Positions 1-9,328 of a stretch of DNA of 64,000 bases are shown here, in pieces. The DNA is from a virus. The notes under the pieces were generated by a model, which saw only the letters and a program-made list of their open reading frames with translations, did not search any database and was not told the DNA's origin. Position 1 is the first letter of the stretch; each line of letters begins with the position of its first letter. The stretch lies in the IMG/VR virus record IMGVR_UViG_3300045988_028354, one strand, 5' to 3'. The position numbers were made by a program, and so were the translations under genes.

Positions 1-335
1 ATTTTTTTTTCTGTTAGTCTTATGACTGAATCTCCAATCTTCAATTCCGACTCATATAGTGGTAAGTAGGAATATCCAATTGCATTAATAAATAGTTTTC
101 TGATATCACCCAAGTGTTGTGAGTAACGAGAGTCAGTATAAGTTAGTACTCTAACCTGCAGTCCTGAACAGAAAGATAAATCGAAATATACCTTGTATTC
201 ATGAGCCATTACCTGAACAGATTGTATATCTGATATCCATACCAGGGTAGTACAGTTAAAAACATGAAGAGGAACCAACTCTTCTCCAATTCTAAGTATC
301 TTATCGATAAATTCCTTATATAACTTAGTAATCAT
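1..335 (-). CDS. hypothetical protein, N-terminal part only (ORF continues past left edge)
   Basis: ATG at 335-333. Frame MITKLYKEFIDKILRIGEEL... was checked codon by codon and stays open to position 1. Start overlaps the stop of 325..552 by 11 nt. Absent from the ORF track because there is no stop in the window. Confidence 0.4.
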   Translation of the reverse strand, partial: MITKLYKEFIDKILRIGEELVPLHVFNCTTLVWISDIQSVQVMAHEYKVYFDLSFCSGLQVRVLTYTDSRYSQHLGDIRKLFINAIGYSYLPLYESELKIGDSVIRLTEKK

Positions 336-552
336 AACTCTTAAGTGTTACATTTTGATATTTACAATGAGGACAAGTCCAATCCTTAGTATGCCAAGGA
401 CCTCTTAAATCCTTTATATCGCTTTCCTTGAATTTCTTCTTGCAATGATGACATTTGTATTTATATACATCGTAATCATACTGAGATGAATAGAGATAAA
501 GTATTCCGATTATCACTCCCAGTACTGTTAGTATTAGTAGTAAGTATTCCAT
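325..552 (-). CDS. small membrane-anchored zinc-ribbon protein
   Basis: N-terminal hydrophobic helix (LLLILTVLGVIIGILYLY) followed by a CHHC...CPHC four-Cys pattern. Confidence 0.5.
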   Translation of the reverse strand: MEYLLLILTVLGVIIGILYLYSSQYDYDVYKYKCHHCKKKFKESDIKDLRGPWHTKDWTCPHCKYQNVTLKSYDY

Positions 553-669
553 ATCTTTTAATTTAATGATTAATAATGCCCTATGTCCCTCTATTAGATT
601 AATTACTTCCTCCTACCGGAAAAAGTAATTATCCATAGTACTTAATAGAACAGATTAAGTAAGGTATTC

Positions 670-2148
670 TCATAAAGAATGAATAGGATGATTCTTCCAT
701 ATCTTCTCTAACAGAATAACTTTTAATTCTTGTTTTTGATAATACTGCTTCCTATGTTTACCATGCCTATTAAGATAAGGACCTGGATAATGTAAGTCAT
801 CAAGGTAAACCTTTTTCTTTGAGGAATCAGTTCTAACCAAACGACCCAGGAATTGAATAGATTTTTCTTGGCTATCCATACTGGCAGCATTAAGTAAATA
901 CCTAAGCTTAGGAAAGTTTTTACCTCGAGCAATGATTGTAGTTGAAACCAAGATATCAATCTTACCTTCCCTAAAATCCTTCATTATTTGTTGTCTTATC
1001 TTTGAAGGAGTATCTACATGCACACAGGCAATATTATATTTGCTTCCTAGTTTCTTTTTAAAGTATTTGCATAAATTCTCACAGTGTGCAATAAATTTAC
1101 ATACTACGAGTGCAGGATACCTACCTTGTTTAAGATTCCATTTAAGTCGAGAATAAACCATTCTCTTTGCATACTTATTAAAGGTAATAGAATCATCATA
1201 TATTTCCTTATAAGATATCTCTTCAGATTCCCAATTACCATACCAGGGTTTACTTGGTACCATCTTTACGATTGTACGAGTTGAATAACCTTTCTTAATA
1301 GAATCCTTAAGTTTAAACTCAGCAAGTACTTTACCAAAGAATACTTCAAGATTCATGTTCTTTACTTTATCCTTGGCAAGCTTACTCATATAAATGGTAC
1401 CAGATAACCCTATACGAACTCTGGTATTAAATAAACGAGTAAGTACATTTTGATATTGCTTACTACCTGCTTGGTCAGCCTCATCTACCAAAACCATATC
1501 TACCTTAGATAGTTCATTCTGATAGAATCTCATGTTACGAGAAATAGATTGAACCATACCAATGGTAAAATTGCTCCAGTTTAATACTTTACCTTGAACA
1601 AATGTAATCTGTTCTCCTGGTAGGTATTTCTTAAATTCATCTCTAGCTTGATTCAACCAGTCAGAGTCATTAGTTATTAGCAAAGTCTTTAACTGCTTCT
1701 TATATGATAGATAAAGAGACGACATGATAAGAGTTTTACCTGCATTAACGGTGTAATCTAAAACACCAATCTGAAAAGGTACCTTACCTACTTTGTTATT
1801 GATTACCGCTTTAACGGCTTTCTCTTGTTCTGGTCTTAGTTTATATTCTCCTATTTTCGTAACAACTCCATTGACTTTAGGTAATGGTTGTCGCATATCT
1901 ACAACTTTAGGTTTAATTCCATACTCAATACACTTTTCATATACTGCAGGAAGTAAACCTATCTTAAATTCACCATGCTTATTAATATAATGAATCTTGC
2001 CGTCCCAGTTCTGCATACCTCTTTGCCTTGTACGTAAGTAGAAAGCATTTGGATGACGAATGGCAAACTCTGCATAGAGTTTCTGTGCGAACTTAAGAGG
2101 TAAGTCCAGTTCGCACATATTCCCATTCTGTATGATTATCCTACTCAT
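670..2148 (-). CDS. superfamily-2 DNA helicase (DEAD/DEAH-box type)
   Basis: Walker A NAGKT, motif II VDEADQ, motif III SGT and motif VI QFLGRLVR occur in canonical order. Confidence 0.8.
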   Translation of the reverse strand: MSRIIIQNGNMCELDLPLKFAQKLYAEFAIRHPNAFYLRTRQRGMQNWDGKIHYINKHGEFKIGLLPAVYEKCIEYGIKPKVVDMRQPLPKVNGVVTKIGEYKLRPEQEKAVKAVINNKVGKVPFQIGVLDYTVNAGKTLIMSSLYLSYKKQLKTLLITNDSDWLNQARDEFKKYLPGEQITFVQGKVLNWSNFTIGMVQSISRNMRFYQNELSKVDMVLVDEADQAGSKQYQNVLTRLFNTRVRIGLSGTIYMSKLAKDKVKNMNLEVFFGKVLAEFKLKDSIKKGYSTRTIVKMVPSKPWYGNWESEEISYKEIYDDSITFNKYAKRMVYSRLKWNLKQGRYPALVVCKFIAHCENLCKYFKKKLGSKYNIACVHVDTPSKIRQQIMKDFREGKIDILVSTTIIARGKNFPKLRYLLNAASMDSQEKSIQFLGRLVRTDSSKKKVYLDDLHYPGPYLNRHGKHRKQYYQKQELKVILLEKIWKNHPIHSL

Positions 2149-2735
2149 TTGATAATTACAGTTACACCTTTCTTAGTAGAATCATCTACTCCCATAGCTT
2201 CCTTGATAAGCTTAATGTGATGTTCTTCATCGGCAATTAACTTATTCAACAAATACATCACATCATCATAATCAGCCCGTTCACTATATAAGGCTAGACT
2301 ATTCATAATTTTCTTATAATTGCCAATGGTCTCTATCTCAGAGTTCCAGGCAATCTTCAAAGCACTTTCAGGAGAAAAACCTATTTCCACTTTAGGATAG
2401 ATATCCATCACAGAATCCTGTTCATAGGGGTCTGCCTTTTGTAGAAAATCTGATAACTTGTCGTAGTGTCTCATTTCTACTAAACCAATACCAAGCATTA
2501 GCTCTGCAATGGGTTCAAACCTTGACGACTGTTGAGTATACATAAGGATAGCACTAATCTCAGAGAAAGGTTTATCCTTTAGTGCATCCTTGAACATATT
2601 AACAATATCCTCTGGCCAAGGTTCAATGTCCTTGAAATCAGGATAATCTACTGACTGGTCCGAATACTTGAGGACATCAATAAAAGCATTAGCTGCATCC
2701 TCTACTCTGTTACCTAAAAATCTTAAAGCTTTCAT
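2145..2735 (-). CDS. ferritin-like di-metal protein (Mn-catalase/CotJC-like four-helix bundle)
   Basis: Ligand pattern SEISAILMYTQQ (E), VEMRH (ExxH), SEIETIGNY (E), DEEHH (ExxH). Stop/start overlap with the helicase gene. Confidence 0.55.
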   Translation of the reverse strand: MKALRFLGNRVEDAANAFIDVLKYSDQSVDYPDFKDIEPWPEDIVNMFKDALKDKPFSEISAILMYTQQSSRFEPIAELMLGIGLVEMRHYDKLSDFLQKADPYEQDSVMDIYPKVEIGFSPESALKIAWNSEIETIGNYKKIMNSLALYSERADYDDVMYLLNKLIADEEHHIKLIKEAMGVDDSTKKGVTVIIK

Positions 2736-2746
2736 AACGTTATGTT

Positions 2747-3565
2747 TTAATTATTAATCTTATCCCAGAGAGAGCCCTCAACTTGAGGTTCCTCTAAGGA
2801 TTTTTTATTCTTATTTTTATATAAATACTTATTATACCTTTCTACTGCTTTATCAGTATATAATTGAGCAATATCGGGTAGACCATTACACCATGCTAAG
2901 GATTCAAACTGAGCATCTATGAAATCCTTATAATCCCAACCTTCTTCCTCTAGGAATGCTGCTACATAAGCGAAGTGAACATACTTCTCAGGATTCTTTT
3001 CATAGGATTCATATATACCAGTTGCCTTAGCAATCTTACTTACAAAGTAATCATGTACCTTAGCAGTGAGTTCTAAATCTGCTGACTGTAATTTAATCTC
3101 AGCTTCTGTTTGATTAGTAATGTTATCCTGCATGGATATTAACCTTTGCATAACATTACGATAATCTGTCATCCTCTTTAAACCAGTCTCAATGTATTTA
3201 ATAAATCCTTCCCGAGTATCAAATTTAAAATCCTCACAAAAGGTATTACATATCTCAGCAAGCTTTTTACATAAAGCCCATTCCCTTGTATTACTTTCGT
3301 TTATTTTACGAACTCCTCTATGCTTAAGCTTTATACGAGTAGCATATAATATATCGGCAACAAGGGAAGCATTACCCTTAGATGCTAGTAATATATTAGT
3401 TACTTTCTTAGTTGTCCCTTTATTAGAAACAACCACTGCTCTAGTATTTATTGCCTCTTTTCGTGCAATAACAAAAAAAGCCTCAACTGGGAAGTTATCT
3501 ACCTCTAAGGTATTTAATATTTCCTCAAATTGAGACTTAGTAATGTGAATACTGGGTTCTCTCAT
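2747..3565 (-). CDS. hypothetical protein (replication module)
   Basis: 272-aa ORF with ATG start, tightly packed between neighbours. No motif recognised. Confidence 0.6.
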   Translation of the reverse strand: MREPSIHITKSQFEEILNTLEVDNFPVEAFFVIARKEAINTRAVVVSNKGTTKKVTNILLASKGNASLVADILYATRIKLKHRGVRKINESNTREWALCKKLAEICNTFCEDFKFDTREGFIKYIETGLKRMTDYRNVMQRLISMQDNITNQTEAEIKLQSADLELTAKVHDYFVSKIAKATGIYESYEKNPEKYVHFAYVAAFLEEEGWDYKDFIDAQFESLAWCNGLPDIAQLYTDKAVERYNKYLYKNKNKKSLEEPQVEGSLWDKINN

Positions 3566-3888
3566 TTTACTCTATTACAAACTAAAACACCATTAATACA
3601 ACCCTCATTATTATCTATTGGGCATTTCTTCCCATAAAGGTTTTTAGTGGGAGAACCAAATGATACATAATATGAACCTCTATTGGTACCTACATACCAA
3701 GTAACATTTTCGGGTAAGTTTAAAGTATAATCCCTAACTTTACCATCAACCATCTCACATCTGAAAACCATATTCTTCCTTGGTTGGGGTTTTTCAAACC
3801 AACTTACAACTGGGAAGAAATATCCCATAATTAAAAGAGCAGCCAAAACTATTGAAGTCTTAACTACATAATCGATTATTTTCATCAT
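3562..3888 (-). CDS. membrane-anchored hypothetical protein
   Basis: Single N-terminal TM helix (VVKTSIVLAALLIMGYFF). 4-nt overlap with the downstream gene. Confidence 0.55.
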   Translation of the reverse strand: MMKIIDYVVKTSIVLAALLIMGYFFPVVSWFEKPQPRKNMVFRCEMVDGKVRDYTLNLPENVTWYVGTNRGSYYVSFGSPTKNLYGKKCPIDNNEGCINGVLVCNRVK

Positions 3889-3928
3889 ATCATTAATATT
3901 TTAAGTTATATAATATAATAGGTAATCC

Positions 3929-4453
3929 TTACTCCAAAGAGTTTCGGAAACTAATAAATCTAGATATCACTTTAGGTTTAATGTTTACCTTAATACCTAT
4001 ATCTTTATAATTAAAACCCAACTGATATAATCTCAAAATTCTACGTTGTTTTCTCGGTTGATTACTTAGGGTAGACCTTGGACTATTTAGTCCTTTACCG
4101 TGTTTAGGCATTATCCACCTACCCTTACTAATAGAATCTTGAGTATTTTCTTTATGAGTGCCCCACTTAAGGTTTGTAACTATATTGTTAGAACCATTAT
4201 CATCTAAGTGCATTACTACGGGTAAGTTATTAGGATTAGGTATATAGGCCATTGCTACTAACCTACTAACCAAAGTACTATGAAGTCCTGTTGAATTATG
4301 TAATACAATTCTCTCATGTCCAGTTTTAGTAATATAGGTTTTCCTTAATACCCACGGGCCTCTCTCATTAGAACCGCCCTGGATTAAACAACTATATACT
4401 TTACCGTCTTTGGTAACATGATATCCTGGAAAGCCAGTAATATTATTTTTCAT
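3929..4453 (-). CDS. HNH homing endonuclease (NUMOD4-like N-terminus + HNH_3 core)
   Basis: GYHVTKDGKVYS N-terminal motif and HLDDNGSNNIVTNLKWGTHKENTQ HNH core. 4-nt overlap with the primase stop. Confidence 0.75.
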   Translation of the reverse strand: MKNNITGFPGYHVTKDGKVYSCLIQGGSNERGPWVLRKTYITKTGHERIVLHNSTGLHSTLVSRLVAMAYIPNPNNLPVVMHLDDNGSNNIVTNLKWGTHKENTQDSISKGRWIMPKHGKGLNSPRSTLSNQPRKQRRILRLYQLGFNYKDIGIKVNIKPKVISRFISFRNSLE

Positions 4454-5400
4454 AACTTATTACGAATTTGAATTAAATCTTGATAACTTTGATACCTTGT
4501 TTGATATACTAACCTAAGAGTTTCCTTTCTCCCTAAATCGTTTACATCTTTTCCTTCTGGTAAAAACACCACCTTGACTTTTTTATAGGCAACAAGTTTG
4601 AGCGCAAGATTGATTGCGTATTTCTTGGCGTCTGGGTCCAGCAATATAATAAATCTTTCGCATGAGGATTTAAGTAATTCATTGACTTGATATCCAGATA
4701 TAGCTTTACCCATTGTGGCAATTCCTCTATCTCCAATAGTAAGGGCATTGAGTGCACCTTCACAGATGTATACCGACCTATACATCTCCAACGCATCATA
4801 ATTAAATATGATAAATTCTTTGCCAACTCCTGTGATATCTTTGTTAGGGTTGTTATACCGAGGACCTTGCCCGATAACATTTCTCGCGTTATAATATCTA
4901 AGTTGTCCTCTGTAATAAAAGGGTATAATGAGGTACCCAAAGTAAGCCCCCTTTGTCGCATAGCCAATTCCATGCTTAGACAACTCAGAGATGACAAAGC
5001 CACGGCTCTTGACATATCCTCTAATGCTTTTTGCAACTTGTGACTGGCCAATGTTAAGGATTCTAAATCCTTCGGGTAGATACAAAGGTTTGGCTTCTGC
5101 AAGTTCAACCTTTTCTTCGTGAAATTCAAGCTCATCAAATTTTCCACTATTTAAGAAATTAATTAGTTCATGGTATGTATCGAATCCTTCTATATCCATA
5201 ACCAATTGAGAAGGATTCGGATGTTCATTACATCTAAAGCAATTGGTTCTATACATTGATAAGTTAACTCCCATTTTTAATTCCCTATGACAATAAGGGC
5301 ATACTGGGAGTTTCATCCAGCCTCTTCGATATTCAAAAGCACCTAACCTCTTAATAAAATAAGTCTTAAGTCTAGACTTAAACTGATTTGTTATTTTCAT
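4450..5400 (-). CDS. DNA primase (zinc ribbon + TOPRIM)
   Basis: CPYC...CFRC zinc ribbon. TOPRIM acidic motifs YICEGALNA and ILLDPD. Confidence 0.8.
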   Translation of the reverse strand: MKITNQFKSRLKTYFIKRLGAFEYRRGWMKLPVCPYCHRELKMGVNLSMYRTNCFRCNEHPNPSQLVMDIEGFDTYHELINFLNSGKFDELEFHEEKVELAEAKPLYLPEGFRILNIGQSQVAKSIRGYVKSRGFVISELSKHGIGYATKGAYFGYLIIPFYYRGQLRYYNARNVIGQGPRYNNPNKDITGVGKEFIIFNYDALEMYRSVYICEGALNALTIGDRGIATMGKAISGYQVNELLKSSCERFIILLDPDAKKYAINLALKLVAYKKVKVVFLPEGKDVNDLGRKETLRLVYQTRYQSYQDLIQIRNKL

Positions 5401-5578
5401 GGTTTCTAATTGCTTTACGAATTACTTTTCGTATTCTCTTTAAATCCTCAACATCTAGATTACTAATGGAAGTCGTTTGCCATCCATTATGAGATATTTC
5501 CAAAGCTAATCCATCAGTCCATCTATCTTTTACTACTTCTACTTTTTTAGTTCTCATTTCTCTTTTTCTTTTTACCAC
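5378..5578 (-). CDS. small basic hypothetical protein
   Basis: 66-aa ORF bridging the helicase and primase genes. ATG options at 5578 and 5557. Confidence 0.35.
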   Translation of the reverse strand: MVKRKREMRTKKVEVVKDRWTDGLALEISHNGWQTTSISNLDVEDLKRIRKVIRKAIRNHENNKSV

Positions 5579-5819
5579 AGATTCTACAATAGGTTCTCGT
5601 ACAATATTTATTATAATACTGAGCCTTCTTCCTACCGCCTTTCTTTGAAAAGATAGCCTTCCTGGGTTTCTGTCTGGTTTCCCACCAATGCTCAGTTACC
5701 CAATCATGAATACCGAGTTTGCATTTATATATCTCCCGTTGTCCTTTCTCTTTTCTTGGAATCAGCATCAGGATTACCTTTCTTAAAAGATTCCTCAAGT
5801 TTTTTACCGTATAGTTCAT
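5547..5819 (-). CDS. small Cys-rich (zinc-ribbon-like) hypothetical protein, true start uncertain
   Basis: CKLGIH plus CTRTYCRIC. The first 95 nt overlap the helicase C-terminus in another frame. Confidence 0.3.
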   Translation of the reverse strand: MNYTVKNLRNLLRKVILMLIPRKEKGQREIYKCKLGIHDWVTEHWWETRQKPRKAIFSKKGGRKKAQYYNKYCTRTYCRICGKKKKRNEN

Positions 5820-7152
5820 CGTAGTTCTTTCTTTGTTCTTTAGTAAACTCTGTACATCTTTGCCTTTCTACATCACATTTGAATAAAGCCCTACCCGAAG
5901 GAAGACCATCTCTTTGTACTACAATCTCTGAACGAAGGATATTATCTTTCTCTTCTTGTTCTGTACTATTGAGTCCCATTATAAATTGAGCATTACGAAC
6001 AATTGCAATAGAACCCGATATATCATTCTCATCATACTTAGTTGCTTGATGTTTCTTACCTTCACGAGTAATGTGATGAGCAGTCCATACAATATCTAAA
6101 TGCAAATCCTCAGCAAGGTTCTGTAAGTCAATATATACATTTGAGATTCTATCAAAATCCTCTTTATCCTTTGCAATAGAAGCAAGCTTCCCTGCATAGT
6201 CAACCATCAATACCTTAATATCAATTCCCTGGCTCCTAAGAGTAAGTATCTTCTCCCTTATATAATTGCAGTCAGTAATCAATGCAGGTACTCTTTCAAC
6301 AATTAATTCAACTCCAAACCGGGCAAGTTTCCTTAAATGCTTAGCCTCAAGTTTATCATAATCTCCAGTATATAATTCCTTCTTAGTTTTATTGATACTT
6401 GATTGAATGAAACGGTCCATGATTTGTTCTTGACCATTTTCCGTATCTACGTAATAAACTGACTTCTTCATTCTAAGATAACCTCTTGCAAGGTTTACCA
6501 TGAAGAATGTTTTCTTTGCTTTAGGTTTATCCAGAATTACATTGATTGATGCACCTGGGAATCCTCCTGCATTGGTTAAATCATTAAGTTGTCTAAATGG
6601 ACAAGGTACTACTGAAGGTTCTGCCTGTCTTTTAAATTGACGTTCTGTAACATCCCGAATCATGAATAAAGGTTCGTCCTCTTGTTTAGGTCTACTTCTT
6701 TGTAAAACCTTCTCTACCTTTCTTGAATATTCTTCGTATTGTTCGAAGTTATCTAAATCGAATGAATCATTTAAATTCTTCATTTCAACATAAGTAGAGA
6801 ACTGATAGATTTTCTCTTTAATGTATTCTGAATCGGATAGTTGAATTGAATAAAGGTTTTTGATAACCTTCTCAATGTTTGGGATATCGTCCTTAGTAAC
6901 CAGGTCAACATAGTTTTTAGATTCTAGCATTTCTCTGAGTACTTGTTTAAGGACATTCTGTGAGGGTATCTTTCTTTGCTTCTTAAAGTATTTAAGTATA
7001 CCCTCACATATTAAGGAATGTTCGATAAGTACTAAGTAGCTTGGTTTTATTCTACTTAGTACTAAACCTCCTTCCTTATCTTGAATGATGAACCTGAGAA
7101 TCTCTAACTGAAAGTCAGGTGCAAAGCTAAATTTAATTTTATTCTTTTTCAT
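5725..7152 (-). CDS. replicative DNA helicase (DnaB-like)
   Basis: RecA-type core with P-loop-like DKPKAKKT, MVDYAGKL and AHHITREGKK. Helical N-terminal domain. Sits upstream of the primase. Confidence 0.65.
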   Translation of the reverse strand: MKKNKIKFSFAPDFQLEILRFIIQDKEGGLVLSRIKPSYLVLIEHSLICEGILKYFKKQRKIPSQNVLKQVLREMLESKNYVDLVTKDDIPNIEKVIKNLYSIQLSDSEYIKEKIYQFSTYVEMKNLNDSFDLDNFEQYEEYSRKVEKVLQRSRPKQEDEPLFMIRDVTERQFKRQAEPSVVPCPFRQLNDLTNAGGFPGASINVILDKPKAKKTFFMVNLARGYLRMKKSVYYVDTENGQEQIMDRFIQSSINKTKKELYTGDYDKLEAKHLRKLARFGVELIVERVPALITDCNYIREKILTLRSQGIDIKVLMVDYAGKLASIAKDKEDFDRISNVYIDLQNLAEDLHLDIVWTAHHITREGKKHQATKYDENDISGSIAIVRNAQFIMGLNSTEQEEKDNILRSEIVVQRDGLPSGRALFKCDVERQRCTEFTKEQRKNYDELYGKKLEESFKKGNPDADSKKRERTTGDI

Positions 7153-7298
7153 ACATTATTATATTGCAATATTATATACTAATAGATTTTGATAGTCCTC
7201 ATGTAGTTCTGAACTCATGTCCACAATATCTAGTCTTCTTATCCTCAGCCGCTCGGTGAAATTTTTTGATATTCTTATATTATATAAAATATATTTAT

Positions 7299-7306
7299 TA
7301 TATTTG
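7299..7306 (+). promoter_or_regulatory. Bacteroidota-type -7 promoter box TATATTTG
   Basis: Exact TAnnTTTG match 23 nt upstream of the ATG at 7329. Confidence 0.5.
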
Positions 7307-7328
7307 CATAACGAAATACTTAAAGAAT

Positions 7329-7982
7329 ATGAGGAAATGTAATGGAAACAATGGTTCAGAGCTTCATAGATTAAAACCTATGCAGGATTATGATGAAGCA
7401 ATGTTTAATAGGTTATACAAAGTTTGTAAGCCAGTTATTCGGAACCTTACCAAACAGATTGATTACAAAAGGTTTAACCTTACTCCAGATATAATATCTT
7501 CTTATTTCTGGGATAAAATGTTATTTGTTTTTAATAAGTACTACGGTACTTGTAGTGAAGAACATCTTAAAGCAAGAATCCTTTCTTCTCTTGCTACATT
7601 TAAGAATAAGCTTCTTCGATTTGCCTATGGAGAGATTGCAGAATACAATCAGAACCTATTCAAACTTGAAGACTTATTTGATAATGATAAAGAGTTAGAG
7701 GATGACGATGAAGAAGTTAAGGCTAAGGAAGAAATGCTTGAATTATTATATAATTATATGAAAGAGAAGTTATCTCCCGATGCTTATATGGTATTTGAAG
7801 TATTACTTACTCCACCTCCTTATATTAAGGAACGAATCAAGGATGGAGAAAGAATCACCAATATAATGTTGGTTGAGTTCTTTGATATGCCTAGAACTAA
7901 GAAGTCAGTTAAATACATAGGAGAACTCAAACAGGATATCTTATATTGGGAAGAGAAAGCTAAGGAAGAACTTCACTACTAA
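7329..7982 (+). CDS. hypothetical protein, possibly sigma-70-family-like transcription factor
   Basis: The track ORF starts at TTG 7266; the first ATG (7329) lies just downstream of the -7 box. Two helical blocks are separated by an acidic linker. C-terminal HTH-like segment ERITNIMLVEFFDMPRTKKSVKYIGELKQDI. It is the only + strand gene at the replication/tail junction. Confidence 0.4.
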   Translation: MRKCNGNNGSELHRLKPMQDYDEAMFNRLYKVCKPVIRNLTKQIDYKRFNLTPDIISSYFWDKMLFVFNKYYGTCSEEHLKARILSSLATFKNKLLRFAYGEIAEYNQNLFKLEDLFDNDKELEDDDEEVKAKEEMLELLYNYMKEKLSPDAYMVFEVLLTPPPYIKERIKDGERITNIMLVEFFDMPRTKKSVKYIGELKQDILYWEEKAKEELHY

Positions 7983-7991
7983 CACAAAAGA

Positions 7992-8017
7992 AAAGGGACG
8001 TTTCCCAACGTCCCTTT
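7992..8017. terminator. bidirectional stem-loop between convergent genes
   Basis: aaagggacg(t) / (a)cgtcccttt, a 9-10 bp stem. Confidence 0.6.
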
Positions 8018-8074
8018 CTCAACATCATAAATTAAAAGTTCTTTGTCAACAATATAAGTAGTTAAGACATATTA

Positions 8075-9328
8075 TTATAGTTTTATAATATATGCCAGTA
8101 CGTAGTACGGTGGTCTATTCTCATGAGGTTGACCTCCACCTGCAGCTCGGGTATCATGGTCCCAAAGTGCTACATAAGAATTATCCCTATCGGTTTTACT
8201 ACTACCATAAAGGTTATTACCAATCCACTGACTACCATTAATACCGATACCATCGTAAGCCTCAATAAAGTAAGCATCTGCAAAGTTGTGAACGTGAGAA
8301 GGTATCTCCTGAGTAGAAAGAGTTACTTTCTCTTGGCCACCAGTATTACCAATCAAATTATAATCTTCATTACCGGATGACCAACCTACAATGAATTTAC
8401 CTGATAAGTCTGGTGTTTGTAAATCTTCTACAATCTGACCATTACATAAAGCCCAGCCTTCTGGTACGGAAACTCCATTCCACATTGCAATTAATCCTCT
8501 TGGTATATTGGCTCCTGCCATACCACCAAGCTTTTCATCAATGTAAGCCTTGATATCAAAATTAGGGAATCCTTGCAATAGTCGTAAGAGAGTTTCTATA
8601 TTTGCTTGTTGCATTCCATGGATAGCAGTATTATATTCTACTGGTTGGGGAAACTTCCCTGCATAGGGAACAATAGAATATTTCTCTACTGTGTTATCCA
8701 TTGAGTTGGTACCTTGACCATATATACCAATCAATACCATTGAGGATTTGTCTACCAAACCTTGAGATACTGAAGCCATAGCTCTATTCACTAGAGACTC
8801 ATATGATAATTCATTATCTTCTAGTACGTTTGTTTTTGATAAGTTTCTAGTATCCTTAGGTGTTGGATATAGTGGGTCTACAGATCTCTTGTACAGAGAA
8901 TAGAACGAATTAGACTCGTTCCAGAAAGCCCTGAACTGTACTGGGTTCTGTACTGGTTCTTCTAAGGGTGTATGATAAGCAAATACAATTACATCCTCAT
9001 TAGAACCCTTTGAGCCTTCAATATTAGGTATACTAATATTAGCACTATCAGAGATATAAATTGTACCATCCCTTGCTATACAACCAAAGTTTGTATCTGG
9101 GCCTTCACCAGAATCTGCAGCCTTAGTCATATATCTTGAAAGGATTCTGTCCTTCATTGCTTGATATGCAGGAGATGTAGGTTCTCCATTAGGCAAGAGA
9201 GTGATTGCATTATTTACAATCGTTGCTGAGCCAAATCCACAAAATGGACCAATGCCTACAGGAGCAGCTATTGCTTCAGCTGCATCCTTAGACTTTATTA
9301 TACCTTCATAATCAAAATACGTTTTCAT
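8075..9328 (-). CDS. tail fibre protein with C-terminal phage tail-collar domain
   Basis: GLIAMWNGVSVPEGWALCNGQ...PDLSGKFIVGW...GGQEKVTLSTQEIPSHVHNF matches the tail-collar pattern. Confidence 0.8.
   Translation of the reverse strand: MKTYFDYEGIIKSKDAAEAIAAPVGIGPFCGFGSATIVNNAITLLPNGEPTSPAYQAMKDRILSRYMTKAADSGEGPDTNFGCIARDGTIYISDSANISIPNIEGSKGSNEDVIVFAYHTPLEEPVQNPVQFRAFWNESNSFYSLYKRSVDPLYPTPKDTRNLSKTNVLEDNELSYESLVNRAMASVSQGLVDKSSMVLIGIYGQGTNSMDNTVEKYSIVPYAGKFPQPVEYNTAIHGMQQANIETLLRLLQGFPNFDIKAYIDEKLGGMAGANIPRGLIAMWNGVSVPEGWALCNGQIVEDLQTPDLSGKFIVGWSSGNEDYNLIGNTGGQEKVTLSTQEIPSHVHNFADAYFIEAYDGIGINGSQWIGNNLYGSSKTDRDNSYVALWDHDTRAAGGGQPHENRPPYYVLAYIIKL

Noticed and set aside
601-630. aattactt ... 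aagtaatt hairpin downstream of the helicase gene, as a terminator.
   Set aside because: It is an 8-bp AT-rich stem with a 14-nt loop and no T-run, which is too weak to call.
4542-5147. 201-aa ORF nested in the primase gene (same strand, other frame).
   Set aside because: It lies entirely inside a gene with clear primase motifs and has a low-complexity, unrecognisable product. It is most likely a chance open frame.
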